Counted from the whole stretch's first letter, positions 36,497 through 49,359 are shown. The stretch is 63,122 nucleotides of DNA, filler included, from Bigelowiella natans CCMP2755 (GCA_000320545.1; 8 parts of 8 records of this genome joined end to end with filler, not necessarily neighbours in it), one strand, 5' to 3'. The notes: generated by a model not told the origin, from the letters alone. Made by a program: numbers and translations.

Positions 36497-38146
36497 CAAA
36501 CCTCCACTCAGTAGCCCCCCTTCCTTCCTCCCTTGCTTCTATCTACACATATCCGAGTTAGGTCGTTCTTGACCTCGATGCCTTTGAGCAAATGCACGGT
36601 CTGTGCGCCATGGTGGACGCCGGCAGCTCCAACAAAGTAGTGCTTCCGGGGGGGGGGGGAGGGTGAAAGAGGGAGGGGCGGTTGGGTGCGACAAGCAAGA
36701 GCAATATCTCCGGTCGGATGGAATTAAACGGGTTCTAGAACTGCCAAAGGTAAACACTGGAGCTTGGGAGGGGGGTTAGGGTTTGGGGGGGGAGGGATGA
36801 GCAGTAGAATCGATCTCGGCTGTATTATCCCTGCTTTTAACAATGAACGCCTCCCTGCTGCTTTTGCTGCTGCTGCTGCTGCTATGTATGTGTAATGATC
36901 CCCAAAACCAAAAGATGGAGAGAAAGCTACTGACACTGATAAAAGAGGCGGCAAAGGCAAAGCACGATAATTTCAAAACGATACGGTGCTTAAGAGGCGG
37001 CCTAAATTGCATCCCAAAGGTCAGCAGCTGCGAGAAATTGAAAGCAGCTATTGCTAGCCAAATAGGCTCTCTCGAGGCGAAACTCAGAACGAAGCTTTTC
37101 GGATATCAGGTGGGTGAGATGTGCATCCTTTTTATCATCATCAAAAGGAATATATGGTGTGCGTGTGCGTGTGCGTGTGCGTCGTGTGTGCGTGAGCGTC
37201 GTGTGTGTGTGTGTGCTCTGCCGCTATAATGTATGCGGATGAGTAAGCGAGTGATTGAGCGAGTTGCATTCCCAGCGGTTTTTCCCCAGATGATGACGTT
37301 TTTCCGTCGCCTCCTACCACCGTTCTCTCTCGCAACCGATGATGATTCGTTTGCATGAATCGTCCTTCAGGCGCGTACGATCTCGTGGGCGTTGATGCTG
37401 GAGAGGAGGGTCTCCAAGAAGCATAGGCTTCTAATCGGAGCGAATGACCTGCAGCTGGGGCGGACATTTCGCGGCGCTCGTATTCTGTATGGTAGGGCAT
37501 TACTGCGCCACTGCCCGTCCAAACCGGCCGCTGTTTGTGTTTGATTTGAATTCGTTTTTGCGATCTATCGCAAGCAAAAGCGCCGAGGATGCCGGTCGTC
37601 GTTGTCCCGCGACAAGGCGCGCGGTGCTGCTGTCGCAGCACAAAAAGCGCATCACGCGCTTCGTTTCCAGCGTTGTTGACCGTCTCGAATGTCGCTGAGA
37701 GCTGCGACGATCCTGGGAATGATGATGATGATGATGATGATAATGATTATGATGATAATGATGATGATGATGATGATGATAGTGATGATGGCTATGGTAC
37801 ATAGATCCTTCGCATGGGTTCTTAGATGCGACATTTGGTCCTAGGCGCTTCTACACGGACTCGGGTGGGATGATGATGATGATGATAATGATGATGATGA
37901 TGACTAATGATGATGATGATGACTAATGATGATGATGATGATAGTGATGATGGCTATGGTTCATAGATCCTTCTCATGGGTTCTTGGATGCAAGATCTGC
38001 TCCAAGGCGCTACTTCACGTACTCGGGTGGGATTATTGCAGACGACTCTGGTACACACCAATAAATTTATCGGAATAAAACGAGGAATAGAAGGGGAGGG
38101 GGGTGGGGGGGGGCGCACAACGGGTGCTTGGCTAAGAAAGGACATT

Positions 38147-38182
<36 letters not shown>

Positions 38183-38307
38183 GGGTTAGGAAAGAGCCTG
38201 GCTGTCTTGGGATTGATTATCGCAGACATGAAAAGCACGGCAAATCCGAGCAAGAAGCGTACGCGTGCATTCTCCCAAGACAATCATATTCGCAACACCC
38301 GTGATAA

Positions 38308-38340
<33 letters not shown>

Positions 38341-38726
38341 CAGCAAGAGTCAACCGGGCGTTGTAGACGAGAAGTGCGGCATCGGCAATCGATCGACGAA
38401 TCCAATCATTCATTCCGCAACCGAAAACAGACACATGTCAGAAATCTTTGACCACGAGTCGCAAGCGACGTTGGTTATTTGCACTTTTTGGACGCATTGG
38501 GAGGAGGAGCTTCGGGGCCATGTGCGGGATGGGGTGCTGAAAGTAGTGACGATCGTTGATAGAGCCAGCCATCAAAAACTCAAGCCTGAGGAGGCGATTA
38601 GTGCTGATATTGTCATCGTAACCAAGGATTTCATCATGGGTGAGGCTTGGGTTGCATTCTAGCATAGTCGTTGACTGCCTTCTTCTCCAAGCGCAAACGA
38701 TTCATTTGCAAAATTATATGAATAGC

Positions 38727-38778
<52 letters not shown>

Positions 38779-38920
38779 GCGCGCGCATACATACGTTTAT
38801 ATATTTTCATCTATAAATGCGTTCTCCTCAGGAAAGTACTATAAATCGCAAAAGATGCATCTGAAATCAGGCTTGCTACATTTTAACCAAATCAATTGGA
38901 AGCGGATTGTGTACGACGCA
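34128..38920 (+). CDS. SNF2-family ATPase (RAD5/RAD16/SHPRH-like N-terminal lobe) with N-terminal Tudor/Agenet-like repeats, 3' partial
   Basis: KLFGYQ|ARTISWAL (Q motif), GGIIADDS|GLGKSLAVLGLI (motif I), ATLVIC...HWEEEL (Ia), ADIVIVT, INWKRIVYD (II). Upstream beta-barrel-like segments RWEEAEVLKV and LWEDARISSID. Confidence 0.8.
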
Positions 38921-38981
38921 GGAGGTTTCTCTCTAATCAGCTGTTTCCTACCACACACACACACACACACGTATACGTATG

Positions 38982-39020
<39 letters not shown>

Positions 39021-39049
39021 TTGTAATGTTTGAGAAATATATATATTAC

Positions 39050-39081
<32 letters not shown>

Positions 39082-39224
39082 TGAGAGAGGCGTGCGCGTG
39101 TGTGTGTGGAGAGCTAAAGATAGAGAGAAATAGAGATCTAGATAGCTAGAGGGTATCTGTGTCTCTGTCGATGGGGGTGTGATATATATATATATATATA
39201 TATATGTGCGTGCGCGCGCGCGCG

Positions 39225-39324
39225 NNNNNNNNNNNNNNNNNNNNNNNNNNNNNNNNNNNNNNNNNNNNTTAATTAATTAANNNNNNNNNNNNNNNNNNNN
39301 NNNNNNNNNNNNNNNNNNNNNNNN
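39225..39324. other. Artificial contig spacer
   Basis: 44 N + TTAATTAATTAA + 44 N. Confidence 0.97.
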
Positions 39325-39596
39325 GGAGGAAAGTTTAGTCTCTATGGTTAGCGGGGAAAACGATGCTGATACAGCTTCTACTGATAGCAGATCTCTAACA
39401 GACGTCAAGGCGAGGAAGAAGGAGGAGATACCTAGTAGCTCCAAGGTGAAAAAGCCTTCTATCAAGCGCGACTTGTCCGAAGGTGAGAGGGGGTCGCCGC
39501 CCCCCCCCTCCTCCTCTTCCTCTTCCCCCTTTCCACAAGGAAATCCCTCCCTCCAGCCGTCATCGTCTCCTTCCTCAGCTGCTTCTACGCGTCAGT

Positions 39597-39632
<36 letters not shown>

Positions 39633-40009
39633 GCACATACACGCACGCGCAAGTGGCAGTGTGGTATCGTCCTTATTAATGGGAACGGAGAGGCGACTGT
39701 GCGAGCGGGTATATATGCTCGTATTTGACACTACACTCAGCGCTGTGTTGCTTCAAACCATAACACCTGCAGCGACCCTTTCTTCGCCTCTCCAAAAGGA
39801 GGATCGCTTAAGCAATGGAGATCAGAATAATAAAAAAGGACCATTTAGCGAAGCGAAGGCAGCCTCAAAGAATGTGAAGAACACAGCACCAGCAAAGATG
39901 GCCCCTCCGTCCCCCCTCCCAATGCAGCAACAGCCATACACGCCGCTGATTCCACCCCCGGACGTCGAAGCACAGTCAGAGGGGGGGAAAACTGCGATCA
40001 TGTGAGGAA

Positions 40010-40049
<40 letters not shown>

Positions 40050-40807
40050 CGTGCGTGCGTATGTGTGTGTGTGTGCTTGCGTATTTATTTATAAATCTAT
40101 GTTATGAGACAGAGAGAGGGAGAGGGAGAGTGAGAGTGAAACCCTCTCATCATATTCCCTTTTGATTTATCCCTACAAACAACAGGTATGCGGCGCAGAA
40201 TGGCCATCTAGACGCTCTTAAGGTTCGGAAGTCGAAGCTACCAATGCAACGGCAACGCAATTTACCCACCATCGTCTTCGCCATCAGCGGTTTCTTTAAT
40301 TAATGCAGGTACTCGTTTGGGAAGCTGGGTGCGACATTGAGGCCGAAGAACAGCAAGGTGCTGCAAAAAACAGACAGTAGAAAACTCTACTATTGCGAAC
40401 GAAAACCCCAAAATCGTGGAAATTGATGTGAAAGACTTTGGGGGGGGTTGGTTGCTGTTGCTATCGTGTATCGATCGAGGAGAATCGGTGCTGTCTTTAG
40501 GGAGCAGCCATAGAAGTGTTGAATAGAATTGTAGTATTTGACCCATTCGCACCCAAAAGATACCAAACCCAGAGCCTTGAGAATGAGCGTGTCAACGGTT
40601 TCTTACACAGGAAAAACAGCATTGATGCTAGCTGCAGAGAGGGGCCATATGCACGTGGTGAAGTTTATGGTTATGCACGCGAAGGCATCGGTTTTCTCAA
40701 GAGACGGCTCGTTCCGAAACGCGTACGATCATGCGGTAATATAATCCAAAATATGAGCCATACTTATGTTCGCGATACTGAACGGCCGGTATGTTTTATT
40801 GTTGTCA

Positions 40808-40846
<39 letters not shown>

Positions 40847-40948
40847 GATATTCGATAGATGGAGAATCGGAACTTTGATGTCGCTGAGTTTCTCGCGGCA
40901 GATATGAAAGTGCAGAGTTCCTGGCGCCAAAAGAACTCTTCCTCATGA
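39325..40948 (+). CDS. Ankyrin-repeat protein, C-terminal part
   Basis: GKTAIM|YAAQNGHLDALK|VLVWEAGCDIEAEEQQ|GKTALMLAAERGHMHVVKFMV...NAYDHA|MENRNFDVAEFL. Confidence 0.85.
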
Positions 40949-41319
40949 GAAGTTGTTGGTTTTGCCAACCGATTTGTCGGACATGCCATCAATAGCGACA
41001 AAAAGCTATGACTGTAGCACAAGATACACAATGTCACGCTGTTTCTTTTAAAAGGGATTATTTTAGGACCAAATCAAGTTCGATCGTTATTCATACATCA
41101 GAAACGAAGCCATCGACAAACACATTACACATCAAGCATGGGCACAGCAGCTCCCATGACGCATTGCAGCACTTCTAGACAAACAAAATGTCTTCAAAAT
41201 TACTTTGCGTGTGCACAAGTGCATTGAGATGTAAGCGTGTTCGGGCTGGCTAGCTGGGTTGCAGTGAACAGTTTCTCTAACATCTCATCCCATTTCTAAT
41301 GCTGCTGACATGCATCAGA

Positions 41320-41703
41320 TCACAACAAGTGACGCATGTCCAAATCGAACGAATGTGACAAGCCGCGGAAGTCGACCGTGCGCCCGTTCTTGTCCTTCCA
41401 GATCACCTTCATGTTCTTGAGGAAAGGTGTGGTCGACATTGCGGAATGTTTGCGCACGACAGCGTCATTCTCACGCACGACAGCGTCGCAAAGGATCTCT
41501 GGATGTTCATCAGCAAATTCATGGACAGACATGTCCATGAAGTCTTCTGGGTCTGGCACCACGTTGACTGTCGGTTCGACTTCAACGGCACGGGAATCCG
41601 GATCGTCGTGTGCATCTAACCCCATCAAGCCGATCAACAACTGAGCAGCAGAATCGACGAGAGAACCGTTTTCATTGCCCACAAGAAGAGACATGTTGGA
41701 CAC
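41320..41703 (-). pseudogene. 127-aa intronless ORF of unknown family inside a TpA-depleted tract (possibly a hypermutated mobile-element gene)
   Basis: Protein-like composition with no Tyr. Lies next to short direct repeats and a long inverted repeat. No domain recognised. Confidence 0.4.
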
Positions 41704-41948
41704 ATGATCGAACGAAAAACGTGAAAACGACAGTCAACGGAGGTGACGTGTGCCGTCATCGTTGGTGTCCAACTGACAGTCGTCGCCGCTAGTGTCCACA
41801 TTCAGCTTGCAGTCGTCGCAGCTAGTGTCCATGGTGAGATTGAAAGCACTTCCTCGCGGATCTGTCCAGCCCAAAGCAATTGTGGCAGACCTAGGTGAGT
41901 GTGAAGGCACTGCCTCGCGGAACTGCCTCGCCCAAAGTGATCTAACCC

Positions 41949-42156
41949 GTCCAATTGATTGTCAACGAGGACTTGTTTGTCAAAATGGATCGATTTTAGA
42001 TGTTTTCAAGCAAAAAATGGAGAAGAATTTTGGGGCTCTCTCGCTTCAATGAAATATAAAAAAAACCACAAAAAAAAATGTTCTCCATTTTTTGCTTGAA
42101 AACATCTAAAATTTGTCCATTTTGACAAATAAGTCCCCATTGACAATCAATTGGAC
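41949..42156. repeat. About 76-bp inverted repeat with about 56-bp spacer (MITE-like or element terminus)
   Basis: 41949-42024 gtccaattgattgtcaa...gatgttttcaagcaaaaaatggagaa pairs with 42081-42156 ttctccattttttgcttgaaaacatc...ttgacaatcaattggac. Confidence 0.9.
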
Positions 42157-42264
42157 TAGTGAGTAATTGTGGCAGACCTACGGCCGCATGGGTCTGCTTT
42201 GGAGAACTAGTTGGATCCGAGGGAAACAAAATTTTCACTAAAAGAAACTGGTAGGAGTTGAGAC

Positions 42265-42879
42265 ATGAAGGCGAGCAGCGTGTCGGAGAAGCAGGAAGGG
42301 TCGACGGAGCAGAAGCAAGGAATGCTGAAGTTCGATGTAAGATGCCTTACGGGAACAAAGTACCGTGTCGTCGTTTCCCCCGACCAGGCAGTCATTGACC
42401 TCAAAAAAGCAGTGCTTGCCGATGAGGAGGTAAGAGTGGGATTGGAGTTGGGGATGAGTAGCGATAATTCGATTTTTTTAGTTATAAAGTTAAATTTGAG
42501 TCCAAGGTGGAATATTGTAAAAAATGTGGGAGTATTTGTAACATAAGACGTTTGTACATGAGTGACACATATGGCATGCACCATGATTATAACTCTCCCT
42601 CCGAACCCTTCTCTCCCTTTCTCTTTCTGACTTAGCATCCCTCTCTCTTGATATGTACATTCTGTTCTTAACTGACATGCACAGTTTCGAGACTATGTAA
42701 AAGGAGCCAGTATGTTCTACCTCATACACTTGGGGAAGCAGCTAAGAATGGATCAGTCATTGAAGGATCTCAAGTTGAAAGTCGATGAAGTGAATCTTAT
42801 CCATTGTGTTGTACGACTTGGAGGCGACCCTGAATCACCCCCCGATCCGAATATTGAGGGAACTGGCGACGCACCATAG
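42265..42879 (+). CDS. Small divergent ubiquitin-like protein ending VRLGG + short tail (2 exons)
   Basis: Exon 1 42265-42429, exon 2 42685-42879: ...LKFDVRCLTGTKYRVVVSPDQAVIDLKKAV...|...YLIHLGKQLRMDQSLKDLKLKVDEVNLIHCVVRLGGDPESPPDPNIEGTGDAP*. Confidence 0.8.
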
Positions 42880-43008
42880 ACACTATGGTAGTTAGGTTTT
42901 TATGCTTGTCTCTAGTAGGCATTGATATGATGTCTAGATGCATAATCTGCTGGCACACACACACACACACACACACACACGTGTGTGTGTGTATACATAG
43001 ATTTTTGC

Positions 43009-43051
<43 letters not shown>

Positions 43052-43107
43052 ACGGATGTAATGGACACTTGTCCTGCACATCCGTGCATTGTAGCCGTTA
43101 CTAGAGA

Positions 43108-43207
43108 NNNNNNNNNNNNNNNNNNNNNNNNNNNNNNNNNNNNNNNNNNNNTTAATTAATTAANNNNNNNNNNNNNNNNNNNNNNNNNNNNNNNNNNNNN
43201 NNNNNNN
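43108..43207. other. Artificial contig spacer
   Basis: 44 N + TTAATTAATTAA + 44 N. Confidence 0.97.
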
Positions 43208-43618
43208 AGCTAGACAGGGGGGTCCTAAGTGGGGGGACCCCTGCCCCGCCCGACATTTCCCCCACCAAAAATAGCAGCAACATTCTTTTGAATAATTTTT
43301 GCAGGCAAGGTTCTGCGCCTTTCCCCCCCTGCTCTTTCTATCATTTGCCACGAATGGAGGGGAGACGTATTTGATGGCACTGAATAGTGGGTTGCTGGGT
43401 AAGCGAGCGCGGGGATGAGTCCATAAAACTCAGGTACAAAAATCTCTCTCCCTCCCCTCTCTCTCTCTTTTCTCCTCTCTCTTCTCTTTCTTTTTTCTCG
43501 GGTTATATAACTCTGTGAGAGTGTGTCTATGTGTGGGGACGACTGTCTCTTTGTTGATTTCTCTCTGTCTCCCATTGATCTCCCCACTTCCTCCCATTTA
43601 CTATGTTTGATTTTTAGG

Positions 43619-43825
43619 TTCCGGTAGATTCCAGGAGAAGGTATGGAGCGCCCCCCCCGTCCCTTCCGAAAGTCCCTCCTCCAAATTTGCAATTACCCCC
43701 CCCCCCACTCCCATCAGGGTCACTTGGCCCTCCTCCCAACAAAGAAAAGAAGCAGCCCACCACCTCAAAGCTAAAGATTAAGAGGTAATACGGCTTACGA
43801 AATGGGTAAACTGCGGGTAAGCAAA

Positions 43826-43885
<60 letters not shown>

Positions 43886-44842
43886 AAAATATAGTTCTGA
43901 CTACATCTCTGCATCTTCGTCCTGGTTGTGGTTGTGGTTGGTAAATTGAATGGGTGTTCGTTGATGATACCCTCCTGTCCGTTTATTTCCGCTTAGGCTC
44001 ACGAAGGAGGAGCGGGAGGAGGTACGCTTGTAGTTAGGAGGGAGCAATGTTTGCGGAGCTATCACTATGCAACAAGAATGACAAAATCAAAATGTTGGAG
44101 AGATCATTCCAACGGGGCATCTTACGTATCATCACTCCGAAATCGTGATGCGAATTGAATATGGCGACCTCAATACAAACAAACATGAGCGGCAGAGTAG
44201 ACAGCTGATATTACTTTCTCGCTTGCAAGGCCCTGAAGAGGGGTAGGGACAAGTCCCCACCATCCTCATTATCGGTATCATCATCTGCTTCTACTGCGGC
44301 GTCTTATAAGGATTATGTGACCGTTGCGACGAAGATGATCGAGGTAGGTTGCTGCCATCATCACCTCTATTCGTATGCACGGATCACACATGTGTCCCTC
44401 CCTCCAAACCGTCAGGCCAAAGATGGAAGGGGCATGGCGGCGGAGATCGAGCGAATAATTCTTGCGGAGAGCGAAAAAGACGGGGGCACACTGCACGATT
44501 GTCTGTTTGTATTCGACTTTGACAAAACGATCACTACCGGGCTTGGGGTTGAGCAACGGTATTCGTGGCGTAGCAACGACCAAAATTAAAATTGATGTAG
44601 CGGCCGGAGTAGTAGAGGCAAAAACGGTTCCTGGCTTTTGTTTCACCGATCGAAAAAACATTTGTGTTTGCGCGGGCGTGTATGTGTTTGTGCTCGCTCA
44701 TGGCAACTTGCTAAAGTACGGGGCTGTTTGTTGTGGCGGTCGTTCAGTGTTCGGGGTGGTAACAGGACCGTGGAGGCTATGGAAAAGTTGTCCCAAGCGA
44801 ACGCCACCCTCGTTGTAGTCACAGCGCGCTCCAAGTAAAGAA

Positions 44843-44887
<45 letters not shown>

Positions 44888-45362
44888 GGGTATAGGGGGC
44901 ATGTATTCATTATAATTAATTATCACAGATTTGGGTGGCTGAACTGCATATTCTATGCCCTGTCCCATTGCATTAATATTGCGTCTTTCTTCCCCCCCTC
45001 CCGGCTCATATTCGCTCCTTCTCTATGGCGAATATTATTCTGTGAATAACAGGGTGTCCAGCGGGTTAGTATCACAAATTGTGCGCAATGAGCGTTTAGC
45101 ACAAATCTTCTCACTTGCTACACCGACGACAAAAACTGAGACGAATGCGACGGGCGGGCATAGTGGAGAAGGTGTAGATGGAGGAGGAGGAGGAGGAGGA
45201 GGAGGAGGAGGAGGAGGAAATGGAGGAGGAGTGGGGAGGGGGAAGAAAGTAGAAGAACACCGGGAGAAGAAGAGTACAAGTAACAGGGCTACTGAGGCAG
45301 AAGATCTGAAATTGGACGGCATTTCAGTGCAGGTGCAAAGTTGTATGTCGAATCTAATACTC

Positions 45363-45440
<78 letters not shown>

Positions 45441-45849
45441 TCATACTACAAAATATATCGTTAATATGTAAATATTACATATATGGATGTACGAGCAATT
45501 TAGACCTCTTCAATACACAATGAGTGTGAGATCATGGATATGAATGCGCTCTCTCCCCTCCCCTCAGTGCACCCGAAACCGCCGTGCTTTCGCATGTGGC
45601 TTTCACAAGCATTTGGTTGTCGCGCACCTTGCAACGGGCGCGCTCCTACAGCCATCTTCCGCAAAGCAGGCACAGGCAACCAAGGTAATTCTCACAGCAG
45701 TCTATCCGTGTATGGAGGTCGATGCTGTCTTTCGTCAAGGAAAGGCTCCTTCGTAAGAGAATATGCAAATGAGCTTCCGTAGAGGGTTTTACCCTCGTGT
45801 TTTCAGTGATTAGTATAGCTGCTGTGATATAGCATTCTTTATCTTGCTC

Positions 45850-45925
<76 letters not shown>

Positions 45926-46627
45926 TTTATTTAATTTCCTTCTCACGTCTCCCTTCGAGTTTTCAGACAGATTGGATAACTGTTTCGTTTATAACAGGCA
46001 TTCCGTAGGGTGTTTTTCTTTGACGACAACCCAAACAACGCTTATGAGGTCTCACCCCACCCTCCTATGCATACCCCCGGGAAAGGAAGAATCTGATGCT
46101 ATGACAGCCTTTATTACACCGAGGTTTTGACTTTCAGCACGGCTGACAGTGAGACGTGTAGCTCATATTTTACGTTATTATCTGAACGGATGACTCTCCC
46201 GATAAGTAGTTTTTACGAATGCATTCTCTCGCAATGAAGGTAGCGGTGCTGTCGCCGGTTATTATTGCTGACTCTCTCAAGAAAGCTCGGCGCTCGGGAA
46301 GCAATAGCACGGCCCCAGCAGCGGTCCAGCTCCATTCCTACTGGTATCGAGTTTGTCGTCGTCGTCGTCGTCATCGTTCTAAAGTACTGCTATTTTTGAG
46401 TAAATAGAACTACATAACGCGAAATCATCGTTGTCGTCGTAATTGTCGTCATGATAAGGTGCTCTACATTCCTGGAAGAGCTTGAGGGCCTTGTCGCTGT
46501 CTGCCCAAACGATCCCGATCATCCCTACCAACCCGACATTTATCTGGCGGCTCTCCAGGCCTTTGGAATCGGTCATGCTCGACAAGCTACATGTGGATAT
46601 TTACGCGACACATCCAAGCAATTGTGA
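43619..46627 (+). CDS. HAD-superfamily hydrolase/phosphatase, multi-exon, boundaries uncertain
   Basis: Motif I LFVFDFDKTIT (about 44500), motif II LVVVTARS (about 44815), motif IV RVFFFDDNPNN (about 46010). Confidence 0.72.
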
Positions 46628-47570
46628 CTGACTTCGTGCGCCAAAAACGCTAATATCGATTTGTGTTGGTGATAGTGGCTGTGCTTGTGTTTGTGGGTGT
46701 TGGAGAAAAGGAGAAGGAAAGAGAGAGAGAGAGAGAGAGAGTCTATATGAAACACGAATGAATATTATGTGTGTTTGCATGGGTGCCTTTCAGATTTAAA
46801 TACATGTAAGAAGCGCGACAAAGCTCTAAGGGAAAAGTTTAAGGCCGTCATTACCGAGCGGCGAAAGGGGAGATTGGAAAATTGAAAATTAAAACATTGA
46901 ATTATCAATGATAAGAATGTGACATTTGCTCTATTTATTTTGAACATACAAATTAAATCACCATGCAAAGGCCTGCGAGCACAGTATGTAATACTTTATC
47001 ACTTAATCGGTGGCTGTACGTTGAATTTTTGCGCATGCATGCGTGCATGCTAGTGGGTACACAGTAATCGTATCTGTCTGTACTAGTGTACAGTCCGCGT
47101 GCTCGCATGCATTTCACTTGCGCATCTTTGCAATATCTAAGAAAGTGCCTGTATAGGTAATGCTGCAGCAAACAACAAAATGAACATGAACAACATCTGT
47201 GCACATCTAAACATCCACGCGCGTACCAAGCCAAGCTTCGTTTCACTTGCGCATATACATTGTGAAGTCACCAGTTGCAATAAATTGTTTTGCCCTACAC
47301 CACTACTGCTCACATCCTCGTGGTCGTGCCGTTTACAGCTGGTGTGTAGTAAGGGATACACCGCAGCCATAACTACATGTGCATGGCACCCAGCAAATGT
47401 TGTTGCGCTAAACGAGACTCTTATTCATTTGTTCCAGGATAATTCGAAATTAATGAGCTCCCAGGCTTATAGTTTTACGTGCATGTGTACACAAGTGCGA
47501 GGCTGTTGCTCATGCATAACAAATTGCCACCTTTGCTTCATTACCCCGATTTCGGAAAGCAAGGTGACAC

Positions 47571-49359
47571 TTATGGCAGTCCGCTTGAATTCTCCAGCTC
47601 CTCTACCATGGATTCCAGAGCTTTAAGGTCAGCGTCTTCGTCTCCAGTGGTTTCAATTGGATTTCCCTGCCGTGCTGTTTAGTTTAACAGAAGAACCGTA
47701 ATCATAATAATAGTAATTATAAGTGTGTCTCCCCAAGAAAAAGTGAGATATTTCCATAGCACATCAGAAAACTGACAGTCTCTTATCCCGATGTTGACGA
47801 AGTCGTCGGTGATGAACTCGGTGACGTCATCGAGTCCAAGATCCTCCTCCAAATCCTGATCAACGGCCGAGATCGTCTTAACTCAAAAACTGGCGAAATA
47901 AGAAGTGTTAATGGAGACTCTCTTTCATACCTGAATAAGTCTTTGCTGCGTGGAGGGAGGTGCCTTATCTTTTTCAGCAGGCTCATCGTCGCTAGGTGCA
48001 TTGGTAATGAGATCTTCGTTTTCAGAGGGGGGGGGATTCAGCTCCGAGAACTCGGATTGCTCCTTGGGCGGCACTTCCTTCGATTCTTGTGTGGCCTGTG
48101 TGATGGAACATACGAATGAGACACGCATTTCAGGGGTTGAGTGAGAATGGGAGATGTACCTCCGGCTTCTTTTGCAATGGTTCCATTGCCTATGAACATC
48201 AATTACTCGAAGTATAAGTGTCCGACATACATGATCGCATTTTTTTCGTTGACGAGTATTACGATGGAATTCTGTTGCCCCGTCATCTCCTCTGGCAATA
48301 TCACTTCCGTAGAGATGGGAAGAGCCTCAAACTTCATGTCCTCCCGGATCAATGATATACGATAAAAGTAGTTGCGGAAGAAATCGAGTTCCTTCAGCCT
48401 ATCAGCAGAGGAAAACATTTTAACACACTTCCACTCGTTTCAGAACGTGCCCGTCTCAAAAGGACCTTTTGGGAACAAGCTTATATCTGACTTTGTCCAG
48501 GTTCGGGTCGTATTTAAGTGCACCTTGAATAAAGGGAAGCGCTTCGGACCGGGATAAGAAGGGGAAAGAAGAAGGGTATGTCAGTCGAGTGTTTCTGCTA
48601 ATGATTGAGTTTATCGAATGGTATTCGCTACAGAACACAGAACAAAGGAGTGGCATTTAAGCTACACTGAACGCGATGCAACAACTGGTTATTTCAATTT
48701 AAGTAGTGTCTAGTGGGGAAAACCGTAAGCTTCGCTATTCATGACTAATGATGATACTGCTTAGATTAAACCTGAAACGAGGTCAAACTCGAAAACCTGC
48801 GTAGTGTATCTAAATGTCAGAAATCTTGGTAGCAAATCAGAAAGGATGGTTCAAATTACCTCTTCCGGCGGGGGCACCATAAAATTGCGTTCATTCTGAG
48901 GAGGTTCATAGGTTCGATTGTATAAAGAGTTGTTTATCACGTGAAGCTATTACCTTGGATATCTCTAGAATCTTCTGTTTCAGATCTTCCTCGAGAATTG
49001 ATTTTTCTTCCTCCAGCGCAGTCCATGGAGGGATTACTGAGACATAGCCAAAGTTGCTGACTTTGTGACGCGAGAATGCATGACGAATGGGTACCACCTT
49101 TCTTCCGCAACTCCTCCTGGCGTTTCTGCTCTCTTTTTAAAGCGGCATTACGCTTAAATTCCACATCTAATTCCTTAAAGTGCTGGTCGGCCATGGTTGT
49201 GATGGTGCTTTTCAAGTTGGAAAAGAAGGAGGCGGCCGAAGCGAAAGCTTTGTTCGCACCTCCGGAAGTTCCTTCTGGAGATCTTCCATCTTGTTCACCT
49301 TCTTTTTGTTGCTGGGTTTTACTGTCAGAGCTCGATCCCCATTGCGGCAGCCCCCACAT
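47571..49359 (-). CDS. BSD-domain protein, synapse-associated protein 1 (SYAP1)-like
   Basis: VIPPW...LKQKILEISK|NERNFMVPPP...ALKYDPNLDKVRYKLVPKR|LKELDFFRNYFYRISLI, with an acidic C-terminus. Confidence 0.85.
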
